From contig CM075996.1 in the NCBI GenBank assembly GCA_038087875.1, positions 868,001 to 932,000 of the forward strand: DNA of 64,000 nt. The letters run 5' to 3'. Source of the stretch: Malacoraja senta (Eukaryota). This document shows, piece after piece, positions 50,157 to 61,747 of this stretch. The notes beneath the pieces are model-generated. The model did no database searches and was not told the origin of the DNA. It saw only the letters and a list, made by a program, of their open reading frames with translations. Numbering within the stretch: the first letter of the stretch is position 1; each line of letters starts with the position of its first letter. Made by a program: the position numbers and the translations under genes.

Positions 50157-50934
50157 TTGAAATATTGGCATCCATTTCTTACGTCCACCAAATGTGACAT
50201 TGGTTTAACATCTCCGTTTGATAACAGGGAGCTGAATAAACATACAACGATGAAGGGAAGATGAAGAGGGGTGGGAGGAATCTTATAGAGAGCATCAATA
50301 CTGGCTCTTTGGGCCAAATGGCCTTGTTCTGATGTTGATGGAATGGATTGAGATGTTTTCAAGACAGGTGATCTCATGAGCAAAAGACCAACCTTTTTTC
50401 ACCACAGATGCTGATTGACCCACTAAGTTTCTTCAGCAGTTTGTTTTTTGCTCCAGATTCTAGCAGCTAGCAGATATATAAACACGAGTTTGAAACAGGG
50501 AATCCTTTTTTTCTGATCTCCAGCTTAGGTTTCTTTAGAGTATTTCTTTCAATAATCTCTCTCCCCCCTGAGACAGTGAGGGGAAGGAGAAGAGTCTGCT
50601 AATCGGGATGCAAAGAACTGCAGGTGCTGGAATCTGGTGCAAAACTAAAACTGCTGAAGAAACTCAGTGGGTCAATCAGCATCTGTGGAGAAAAAGGGTT
50701 GGTCTTTTGCTCGTGTTTATGCAGATCACCTGCCTTGAATACATCTCAATCAATTCCATTTCTAATCATCAGAACAAGGCCATTCGGCCCAAAGAGCCAG
50801 TATTGATGCTCCCCACAAGTTTCCTCCCACCCCTCTTCATCTTTGTATTTGTACTCAGCTTCCAGTTATTAAACTGAGATGTTAAACTGATGCCACATTT
50901 GTTGGACATAAGAAATGAATGCCAATATTTTAAG
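50157..50934. repeat. ~310-bp inverted duplication with a ~155-bp spacer
   Basis: 50157-50468 is the diverged reverse complement of 50624-50934. Confidence 0.88.
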
Positions 50935-50935
50935 G

Positions 50936-51250
50936 GGGGTGACACAGTGGCACGGCTGGTACAGCTGCTGCCTCACAGTGCCAATGACCTGGGTTCAATC
51001 CTAACCTGTTGTCAATGTGGAGTTTGCATGCTCTCCCTTTGACCGTGTGGGTTTCCTCCGGGTGTTCCGGTTTCCTCTCGCATTCCAAAGACATGTAGCT
51101 TTGTAGGTTAATTTTCCTCTGTAATTTGTACCTAGTATGTAGGGAGTGCATGGAAAAGTGGAATAACATAGAACCTGTGTGAAAAGATGATCGCTGGCCG
51201 GTGTGGATTAGGTGGGCGAAAGAGCCTGTTTCCGTGCTATAACTTTCTAT
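50936..51250 (+). mobile_element. tRNA-derived SINE
   Basis: A/B boxes and family core. Confidence 0.75.
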
Positions 51251-51323
51251 CAAGGCTGGCCATTCTCCATCAATTGCTCTCGTCAGGCAAAGGGCATTAC
51301 AAGCAATGAGTAAACTTCTCAGT

Positions 51324-51519
51324 TTAAGAAGGAACTGCAGATGCTGGAAAATCGAAGGTAGACAAAAATGCTGGAGAAACTCAGCGGGTGAGGCAGCATC
51401 TATGGAGCAAAGGAAATAGGCAGCGTTTCGGGTCGAAACCCATCTTCAGACTGATGCCTATTTCCTTCGCTCCATAGATGTTGCCTCACCCGCTGAGTTT
51501 CTCCAGCATGTTTGTCTAC
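51324..51519. mobile_element. Palindromic Penelope-terminal-repeat-derived element
   Basis: Inverted arms. Imperfect 15-bp TSD AGTAAA(CT/AC)TCTCAGT (51309-51323 / 51520-51534). Confidence 0.8.
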
Positions 51520-52162
51520 AGTAAAACTCTCAGTCCTGGCTCACTGGGTCTCTAAGGGTTGTGGTTTCTAGACACATGAACACAAAGATCCAGTCTGATG
51601 CTCCCATTACACTACTAGAGCTGCATCTTTCTGATTATATGTTAAACCAAGGCCCTATCTGCACATTTAGCGGGACATAAAAGATCCAAGGGACATCATT
51701 TTAAATAGGAGTGGGTATAATGGTTTCTTTATAATCACGTGTATCACGGTACGGTGATAAAAAAAATGTTGAATACAGATCAGCAAGCCTATCACCATCA
51801 TACATAAGCAGCATTCCCCAGTTAGTACAGAATCTACAGGGCAGCCCACTGAGTCCATATGCAAGAGGAGCCATTTTGGTGCTATTTTACAGTCCCAGCT
51901 GCATCTGGTCACAAAGGCCCCAAGCAGCCGGAGGCTCCATTCCGGTCGTCCCACGAACCATTGTCCCTCTCCTCGCACGCCCCTCTTCAGCCCTTGTTCC
52001 CCAGGGCCGCCTCCCATAGCTGACCTTGAGGGTGTGCAAGGTAAGACCCGTCCGGTTCTTCTTGCTGGCCTCAACTCAAATCAACTCAGTGTCTGGGTTA
52101 ACATCACTAAAATTACAGCATGTAATTGCTAAGTGTGAATCAGCTGCCATGTTTCCTACATT

Positions 52163-52677
52163 ACAATAGACAATAGGTGCAGGAGTAAGCCATTCGGCCC
52201 TTCGAGCCAGCACCGCCATTCACTGTGATCATGGCTGATCATCCCCAATCAGTACCCCGTTCCTGCCTTCTCCCCATATCCCCTGACTCCGCTATTTTTA
52301 AGAGCCCTATCTAGCTCTCTCTTGAAAGCATCCAGAGAACCTGCTTCCCTCTGAGGCAGAGAATTCCACAGACTCACCACTCTCTGTGAGAAAAAGTGTT
52401 TCCTCGTCTCCGTTCTAAATGGCTTACTCCTTATTCTTAAACTGTGGCCCCTGGTTCTGGACTCCCCCCAACATCGGGAACATGTTTCCTGCCTCTGGCG
52501 TGTCTAAACCCTTAACAATCTTATATGTTTCAATGAGATACCCACTCATCCTTCTAAACTCCAGAGTGTACAAGCCCAGCCGCTCCATTCTCTCAGCATA
52601 TGACAGCCCCGCCATCCCGGGAATTAACCTCGTACACCTGTGCTGCACTCCCTCAATAGTAAGAATGTCCTTCCTCA
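52163..52677 (-). mobile_element. CR1-clade LINE 3' fragment, same family as 34632-35302
   Basis: RKDILTIEGVQHRCTRLIPGMAGLSYAERMERLGLYTLEFRR, with the same tail. Confidence 0.9.
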
Positions 52678-55600
52678 TGCAACAGTGAACACACTTCACT
52701 AATACATTACTGGCTGTAAAATGCTTTGGTAGAGCAAAGAAGACATGAAAGGCAAGTTTCTTGGGTTTGTTTCAGTTGGAGGTGATTTCAGTGTTTTTAA
52801 TACTGACAAAAAACGTAAGTTCTTTTCTTTCAAGAGATAGACTCATTAGTTGGTGACAGGCTCTCAGATGGTGTTAAGCTCTCTCGCCTAGTTTTTGCGT
52901 ACTCTTGAATGTCTTTTGAGTTTGTACTAAAGTTAAACCAAATTCCCCCACCAAAAGATCAGGTAAATGGCCATAACAGTGTTTTGTATCCAAATATTGT
53001 GCTAGAATAGTATCCGTGTGCTTGCTGACAGCAACAATGCTCCATGTGGCTCAACTCCGAACTAATCACAGAAGGACATCCAGCACTTAAAGGCACATTG
53101 ACCACAGCAAGCAAGCATCAAATAAGGGTCTCAACCTGAAATGTTGTCTGTCCATTCCCTCCACGGATGCTGCCTGACCCGCTGAGTTCCTCCAGCACTT
53201 TGTGTTGAGTGTGTTTAGCATCAAAAACCCCACCTGCCTTGGAGGAGAGAGGAGCTGCTAGAGAGGAAGACAGCTCCCACTACAGGTGAAAGAATGCAAG
53301 TACAGGCCCTGGGACGTACATGTACCCAACGCAATCAGCACAATGGGTTGATTCTGTAATGTTTGTGATACATTTACAAATGTACAAAAAAAATTGTTAC
53401 TTTCATGCCCTGCTCCCATACTCCCTTGAAACGATATGCAGGAGCCACTCAGTGAGATACTTGCCAAGAGGGAAATCTGGTGTCAATTGGTGCCAGAAGA
53501 CTGGTCATCCCTCCGGAGTCTGAAGCAGATTATGGTCTAATTGAGTGGTGAGGATTATTAGGGGCAGATTGCTGCTCTTGATATACAGAGAGATGCTGTA
53601 TTGCAATGTCCAGAGACATGAGCAGCTCACAGTTCTTTGGGAGCAAAAGAACGCCAGACTGGTGGTACTCCACATTCTGCTACAGGAGCAGTGATAGTGT
53701 ATTTGGGTAAATTGGTCTTTCTTCAGTATGTACGAGCAGTGCCATGAACCCAGCCCCACACATTCCAATCACTCTTCATAGTTGGCAGGGCCCCATTCAA
53801 TGTTGTGCAGTGAACTGACGCTCAGGAAAAGAATGAAAGGAAAGATACACAAAATGCTGGAGTAACTCAGCGGGTCAGGCAGCATCTCCGGAGAACAGGT
53901 GATGTTTCTGGTCGGAGCCATTCTCCAGCATTTTGTCTTTCCTTAATAAACCAGCATCTGCAGTTGTAGGCCTGTAGATGCTGGTTTATACCAAAGACAG
54001 AAACAAAGGCTGGAGTAACTCAGCAGGTCAGGCAGCAGCTCTGGAGAAAAAAGATAGGTGACGGTTCCTGTCAGGATCCTTCTTCAGGCTGAAAGTAAGG
54101 GGTGGGGGTGAAGAGCTGGAGGTGAGCAGGAGGAATCACAGAGGGGGAGCAGTGAGAGGGTCTTGCAGAACTCACGTCGGAGAGCGGAAGAGAACTTCTT
54201 CAGTGCCTACTTTGAAGAAGGGTGGGTTGACTGTGGTTTTGAGATAAATGATGTTGATTTTTCTGGTTTTTTTTTTATATGAATGATGTTGAATGAAAAT
54301 GCATCCTTATTAAGGACAAATAGAATAAGTGACACTGCTGTGGCAGCTGCTGGCATTATTGCAGACCCTGGAAATGCCCCACTTCTCACGTGTGAATGAA
54401 ATGCTGATAGACATGTCACCCATTGCACGAATATGTTAGCAACCAAATGATGGAGAAAGTCCTCCCAGTTCGTTTTAGGCTATTCTGTGCGCTTCTGAAG
54501 GCGTGAAACAGCCCGCAGTGAGTTGGGAAGCTGCCAGTCAAGACTCCCCATATCAGTAGTGCATCCCTTCAAATAAAGATAGCAGCCTGAGGTACCCTGA
54601 GTTATGACAGTCGTAGATTGCACCTTTCTGTTTCAATAAGGGAGCAAGTAGGCTTTGTACAAGCAGTGACATCAAAGCAAATGCATGATGCAGGGTAAAT
54701 TTATATGTTGATCGTGGACAGTACGATGGACATAATATTACTACTCTGGGATAAATCAATGTTTGTGGTTTCTGCATGTAGAAATGGGCACCAATTTATC
54801 CAATTTCTGCTCTCCTGTCCTTGGAACCTTTTGGTATTGGATATATGGCACATCATCCCTTTAACCTGTGATCTTATAGTTAATATTACCATGATTCCAA
54901 TTTTCCATTGTTAGAAAAAACGCACCCTCGTTTCACTCCCAAACGGATGAATCTAATTTTAAGTTTAAGAAGGAACTGCAGATGCTGGAAAATCGAAGGT
55001 AGACAAAAGTGCTGGAGAAACTCAGCGGGTGCGGCAGCATCTATGGAGCGAAACTCAGCAGGTTTTAAATCTAATTTTAAGGCTTTTTTTCTATTGAAAC
55101 ATTATGCATGTGGGGTTGGCTGCCAAGAGCAGTATTATTGCCCATATCTGATTACCCTTGAGAAACTGCTGGTGAGCCACCTCCTTGATTCTGGTGAAGG
55201 TGCTCCCGTGGTTCTATTGTGTTGTGGGTTTCAAGATTTAGACCCATCGATTATGAAGGAACTACAAGGTGGTGGTACCAGCTGAAGGTGGAGGTGTTCC
55301 CTTGTGGCGTTTTCTTTGTTTTACTTGGTGGTTGGGTGTGCAGGTTTGGGAGGTGTTGTTCAAGGTACCTTGGCGAGCAACTGCACTGCATCTTGTACCT
55401 GGTACACTCAGTAGCTGCAGTGCACAGTGGTGGAGGAAATTAATGTTTAGGGTGAAGATAGACACAAAAAGCTGGAGTAACTCAGGGAGTCAGAGCATCC
55501 CTGGAAAAAAGAAATAAGTGTAATTTCGGGTCAAGACCCTTCTTCAGATGTTTAGGGTGATGGATGGGGCACCAATCTAACGGGCTGCTCTATCCTGTCT

Positions 55601-57270
55601 CCATTTGTATGCAGAAATACAAATAATTACAGCAGACATCCAGACCTTTCAACCTACATCTATGCTGATCGTCCCATGCCTTTCTATCTCCCCCATCACC
55701 AAATCTTTTTATTAATTTTTCCTTGTGTATTTTTCTCCTTAAACTCATTTCTGCTATTTACCTTAGATTACATCCTGGCCCCTCTCCCCACTCTCTGCAG
55801 AGGTTTTCCTCCTGAATTCCTGATTAGATTTATTAGTAAATAAATTAGATTTATTTATTCCCTGCCCACTAAGAGTAATAATTCTGTGTTCCATGCTCCA
55901 AATCCCAGACTTTCCCACTGACAGCCTCACCTCTTTGTAAGTGGGCATGGTTCTGCCAGTCAGACTTAATCTCCGATCTGGTGGCTGGTCTTGTCTAATT
56001 GATCTCAACATCCCATGGATTGGAAGCCTCCTATCATATCACTATCACTGCCATATGGACCTTGTGTGAATCCATAAGGCCTCCCACAATCGCATCACGA
56101 ATTGGTGCAATCAGATGGCATGCATAATCACATCAGTGGCTCCAGGTGGGTGTTAGCACTGCTGGAAAAAGAGAGGAGATGAGAGCAAGGAATACGGGAT
56201 GATACTAACTGTGAGTCCACCAAAAACCATGCAGAGCCAAAGGGTTAGGGTTTATTCTAGTTGGGGCGCTGGTTGGGCTTTTGAACGAAAGAGTTAATTT
56301 GTGCCCAGGCGACACTGTATCTAACCTGGTTATTTTGAAATCCTGTAATCGTATTAGTGGTGTGGGATTTGCTGCCTGCTATAAGGGAACCCATTGTGTA
56401 GGTGCAGAGCTTAAGCTTGCAGTCAGTCCTGACCACAGTGCAGCACTCTAAATGGCCTCTTTGTTCCCCATGGTCTCAAGAGCAAGTCTGCAAATTGCAG
56501 ACTCACGTTTAGCTGAGCGTCGAGGAGTCCTACCTATTGCTCCTACCTACAGTATACCCCCCACACCCCTACCACTGTAAGGCTTCATTCCTGAGAGGAA
56601 GTATGTGGTGGGGAGAGCAACAGCTCAAACATCCATCTGTCAAGATCTTCACAAGAGGTGGTGTCTTAGGATTTTAACTTTGTAGCTTAAAATTGTTAGT
56701 TTAATTAATTTATCATGTTAGATTTTCCCCCACACCAATCTTTAATCAACAGAAATTCTGGGTCTGGGAGTGTTATAGTGATATTCCTAAATCAATAATC
56801 TACGTAATGAGTGTTCAAATCCTATCTAGGGTAGCTGGAAGATTTTAATTCAGGGTAAAATATGTAGAAATAAAGAAAAAGGGTACAGACAGATGAGATC
56901 AGTTTAACATGGCATCATGTTCGGCCAAATATTGTTGGATTAATGTAAGAATTCTGCTTACATTACATGGTTTGCTCCGAAGTATGACTCTGGATCCAAT
57001 ATCATATCAATATCGTCACCTGAAGCAAAGTATGTGGAATCCTGGTATTCAACATTCAATGATACTTTATTGTCACGTGTACCTGAGTACAGTGATATTA
57101 TTTTTTTGCATACAGTTTAGAGACAATCCTATTATACAAAAGGCACAATCATACCAAATATAAGAGTGTACGGTAGTCCAGGTCAGTACACGAGAGTTGC
57201 CACATTTTAGGCGCCATCTTGTACCCTTCAACTTTGATTTTTTTTTTAATGTTAGTCTCAACTTGGCCAT

Positions 57271-57324
57271 GGGGTGGGAGATTGCAACCTTCACGTGGTC
57301 CGCCCTGTTTCGACGAATGCAATC
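57271..57324 (+). ncRNA. Minimal HDV/CPEB3-like ribozyme fold (family A, copy 2)
   Basis: P1 GGGGUGG/CCGCCCU with G1.U wobble, P2 GAUUGCA/UGCAAUC, P3 ACC/GGU, L3 UUCACGU, G for P1.1, vestigial P4 UUUCGA, J4/2 CGAA. Confidence 0.8.
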
Positions 57325-57414
57325 AACCTGGCGTGCACAATCAAATAAGATCAAATAGAACAAGTTGTCCTGCAACTTTAGGCTGTGCCCGCCATACGCA
57401 AGAAGAAGAAGAAG
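57271..57414 (+). mobile_element. Short retroposon family A, copy 2
   Basis: TSD AACTTGGCCAT (57260-57270 / 57415-57425), (GAA)n tail, same 5' end as copy 1. Confidence 0.9.
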
Positions 57415-58849
57415 AACTTGGCCATAAAGGCCCGTTTAGACTAAAAATAGCCAGGTTACATTGAACCTGTATGAAACCATGGTTAGGCCAAAACTAGAGT
57501 TTGCATCCAATTCTAATCGCCACACTTTCGGAAGGATGGGAAAGGACTACTGAAAGAACTGCACGCATAATTCGGAGGATGAGGGATTCCAGTTACAAGG
57601 TTAGACTGGAGAAACGGCTGTTCTTTGAATAAAGACGTTGGGGAGGGATTCGATGGGAGTGTGGAACATCAGGACTGGTTTAGACAGAGGCATTGAGTGA
57701 AACATGTCTGATTAGATAATGATTCAAGGTCAAAGGAATGCAGACTGAAAATGAAGGGCATAGAAACTATAGGATAACAAGGGGAACATCTTTTTTATAC
57801 ATGGTACAGAAGCTAGAGGTTTCAAGAGGGAAATAGAAAGGCACTAAGAAGAAGAATTAGCAGGGCAATGAGGAAAGAGCAGGAGAGTTAGATGATTGGA
57901 TTTTCCTGCTGGATGCTTGAATTGCCTGTCTTTGTGCCATAGTGATTGCATGAACCTGTCAAGTGGACTGGCACAGTTAGCATCTCAAAGATAACGCAGG
58001 ACAAGTCATAAATGTTGGCCTCATGGTATCCTCTCAGACTCATGACCTCTGCAGAACAAGGGCAGGACCAGGGAGCATCATCATCTGCATGTTCTCCACC
58101 AAGTCACACACCATCTCAATGGCAATATGGACCAGGAAAATTAGAATAGAATTGGATCTTCAATTAATATTGACGACCTCGGGAGATGACAATATCTATT
58201 TTCTGCCTGATTCCTCAAAATTAGGTTTGAAATACCTCAGGAAGGGAAAACGGAAGGACTGGGTCAAAGTTCAGGCTTCTGCTCATACTCTAACGACCTA
58301 TTTTGGCTTTATGCGAGTTGACTGACTGTGAAGCTGTTAGTTACAGAACATCTGAAATACAGTCAGGTGTGGCTCATCAAGTAGTGTTCCTATCCTTGAA
58401 GTCAAGGCCTCTGAGTTCAGTTCTACTCTGGAGACTTGACTTAGTTGACTAAGGGTGACCTGCATTATCACACATACCTTAGTGAATGAAAACCAAGACC
58501 TCACCTAGTCTTTCAAGCAAACATAAAAAACCCATGATACTATATTTTAAGAGTTCTCCCTTGTGACCTGGGACTAATATATGAACCAACATCACTAAAT
58601 TGGGTTTGCACATAATAGAGAGATTACTTTTCAAAAAATTCTTTACTGGTTAAAGTCAATTTGGAAGAAACTGAACGAGAAAGGTGCTAAAGAAACACAA
58701 GCCTATTTAGCTCTCTCTCTCTCTCTCCACGAAGACTGTGGTTACAATAAGACTGCATCCCAGTAGGGAGAGTAAATGGGAGGGAATGTGTCATAAACTG
58801 CGTATTGCCGGAAAAGAAGAATGTGGCTTTGACATTTACATAAATGAAG

Positions 58850-59096
58850 ACATGGATGTATGTGTATGTGTGTATTTGTAGTCATTTGAGAAGATGTGTA
58901 TGCTTTATTGCCAACTTGAATGTGTGAGGCTGAATGAGGCGAGAGTCTGTGTGTGTGTGCATGAGTTATTGTGAATGTGTGAGCACACTTGAGTGCATGC
59001 TGTGTGGGTATTATGAATGTATATGTAAGTATAAGAGAAGGTGAGTGTGTGCGTCTGAGCCAGTACAAGATGTGAGTGTGTAAGATTGTACAAGGT

Positions 59097-59137
<41 letters not shown>

Positions 59138-59185
59138 TGTGTATTTATGTGAAGATATGTGAGAGAGTGTGTGTCTGTGTGTGGT
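58850..59185. repeat. (TG)n microsatellite (pure at ~59099-59134) within a degenerate TG-rich tract
   Basis: Seen directly in the sequence. Confidence 0.9.
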
Positions 59186-60986
59186 GCCCTAACTGAAAAC
59201 CTGAGACAGAGATTTCCACTGACTACCTTGCATGGCACTAATTCCTTGGCTCCCTGCCATGAAATATATTTTTCCAAGGAAGTTTTTGCCTGCTGCTGGG
59301 CTGATTTGAGGGCTCCCCACCTCTTCCAGTCTCGATCCCCTGTTGCACCCACCCCTTTGTGGACTCTCTCTCTCGGCCCCAGTGCTGTCTGCGTGTGTGC
59401 CTATAAAAAATAAACCCTACAGGTTTATTAAAATAACAGACAGCATCCAAGGGAGTAACAGGCCTACAGTTCTATCTGGGTGATGTTATAGACCGCAACG
59501 GCAGTTTAGGAAAGAGCGTCCAAGTCCTTGGTCTAAACTCCAGCCAGCACCCTCCCTCCCAGGTATTTACTTTACAGAACAGAGCCTCACTGTGTGGTGT
59601 CAGCTCAGGGAAAGGTTGAGAAATCACACAACCTCCACCCCATCAAGGCCACTGTCGAGCTATGTTGGACTGTGTCGGTTTCAGTGCCCTGGCTACATGG
59701 TACAGACCTCAATTTTCACTCACCACTGCCCCCCCCCTCTCCCCCCCACACACACACACATTTATCCATCAAAACTCTTCCTACCCCCCTCTGCGGCCTA
59801 GTCCTTTGAGAACTGTAAAGATTTTTAAAATAGAGTTGTGGGTGCAGAGGGTAGTTTTTAATCTCTCCCGCTGAGAGACGTTAGAGGTGGAGTGAGTGTG
59901 TGACAGAAAGAGTGACACCTGAACAATTGGATAACGAAGGCAGGAATGTAGGCTCTGCTAGGGGAATGTGCGCTTGTAGCATCAATGTTGTAAAATTCAA
60001 GCAATTACCCTTCCTAATAAAGAGCAGGTAACTCTGGCAATTTAACCTCACATCCAGCTGAAATTTGGGCACCGGAGAAGGCACTAAGAGCAGAAATTGG
60101 CGACGTTACCCAAGTTGTACCAATTAAGTTTGATAAAATTACATCTCGTTTCAAACAGGGAACAAAACGCAAATGTCGCCAATACCTGCTGATGGCCTGT
60201 CAATTTTGCAGCCTTTACTAGTCTGAACCTGGTATCTCACATCCAACAATAAACAGTGTTAAACTGACTCAATTTTCTGGACAGTAGGGACAACCACAAC
60301 TCTCGACAGGAGTCAACTCAACTTGTATTTCATCCCAATCTGGAGAATTGGGATGAAATACATCAGTTACATATGATATATAAATGCACATGTGATATAT
60401 TCTGCTTCCAAATGTCTTCAATTTACTTCAGCAGAATCACATTTCAGAAGCTCATGTTACTGTATGGATCTTCAAGCACTTAAGAAAGGAGACTGGACTG
60501 GACCCAGGAGGTACAGAAAATGGAGCTGTCAGAATATGGACCACTGGGTTTGGTGTCATCAAGGGACAGAATATGTCAGGTGGTACATGTTAACATTCAG
60601 AGATGCAGCATGACCTATGTAAATGGCTAGCAGTTTTGTGTAAATCAAGAAGTTGAAAGTACAAGTCTTGCTTGAGCAGGAAATTCTAGCTTTACACTCC
60701 CACTGAGTATAGTACTGAGGGGTACTGCACAGTCCAAGTTAGTATCGTCAAATGAGACTTTAAAATAAGGCCTGCTCTATCAAATGGAAAATCTCATGGA
60801 CACTATTTCAATAAGATCAGGGCATGCCCTCATTATGTCTTTAGGTCAATATTGATCCCTCAATCAATCCCACTGTAAAATATTATTTGGTCAGTTACAA
60901 TGCATGTTTCCAGCGCTACACTTCCAACAGAACAACTTCACTTGCTGTAAAGCACCTTAAGATACTGTGAATAATACTATAGAAAT

Positions 60987-61148
60987 CTTCTTCTTCTTCG
61001 AGTCCACATACAAGATTAGTTGTTCAGCCAGAACTGAACACACTTCTCGGCATCTGCATACAATGGTGTCTGTCTTGTGCTTCTTGTGTATGGTGGTGGA
61101 AAGATTGGTGAAAACAGGGCCGCGACGTGAACGCTCTTTCCTTGACCC
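60987..61148 (-). mobile_element. Short retroposon family B: 5' HDV-like ribozyme fold, 3' stem-loop, (GAA)n tail
   Basis: TSD TACTATAGAAAT (60975-60986 / 61149-61160). The tail reads CTTCTTCTTCTTC on the + strand. Confidence 0.88.
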
Positions 61149-61149
61149 T
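61098..61149 (-). ncRNA. Minimal HDV/CPEB3-like ribozyme fold (family B)
   Basis: (A)GGGUC-AA-GGAAAGA-GCG-UUCACGU-CGC-GGCCCU-G-UUUUCA-CCAA-UCUUUCC. P1 is 6 bp; the first base is ambiguous with the TSD. Confidence 0.75.
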
Positions 61150-61747
61150 ACTATAGAAATGCAAATCTTTGTATCTTTTAGTTTCTGACACATAATTGTG
61201 AAGAACATTGCCCTCATCTGGAAATACATATCTGATAGTCAGACTCACCTTGCTGACACTGTTCTACCTGTTTTAACCTGTATGGCTGCAAAGGTGGGAT
61301 GTTGCTCCTGACAACATTTCTGCGAGGAGGCTAGTGTTCCCCACACACCTCCACACCCTGCCTCTCCCACTGCTTCAGTGCACAATGACCTGTGTCTAAC
61401 ATATTCCATTTAACGACATGAGCATCTCCTGTCTGATAGAGATTTATGTCCGCTTTCCATTGGGCAATGAAAACTATTCCATTACTCTTTCCCCCAACTT
61501 CCTGAATATGATCTCATGCACAGAATTAAGCCATGTGGGCCGTTGTGCTTTGCCTGCTCTTTAATGGAGAAACCGTTCACTTCCAATTTTTCCCCTACAA
61601 TTCTCCCTTAATATTTATCCAATTCTTTTTGAAAACTCCTGCTGAATCTGACTTCCACCACCCCCATTCAGGCAGTACATTCCAAATCATTGAGTTAAAA
61701 AATATATCTTTTCGCCCCACCAGCAATATCTTTGCCAGTTACCTTAA

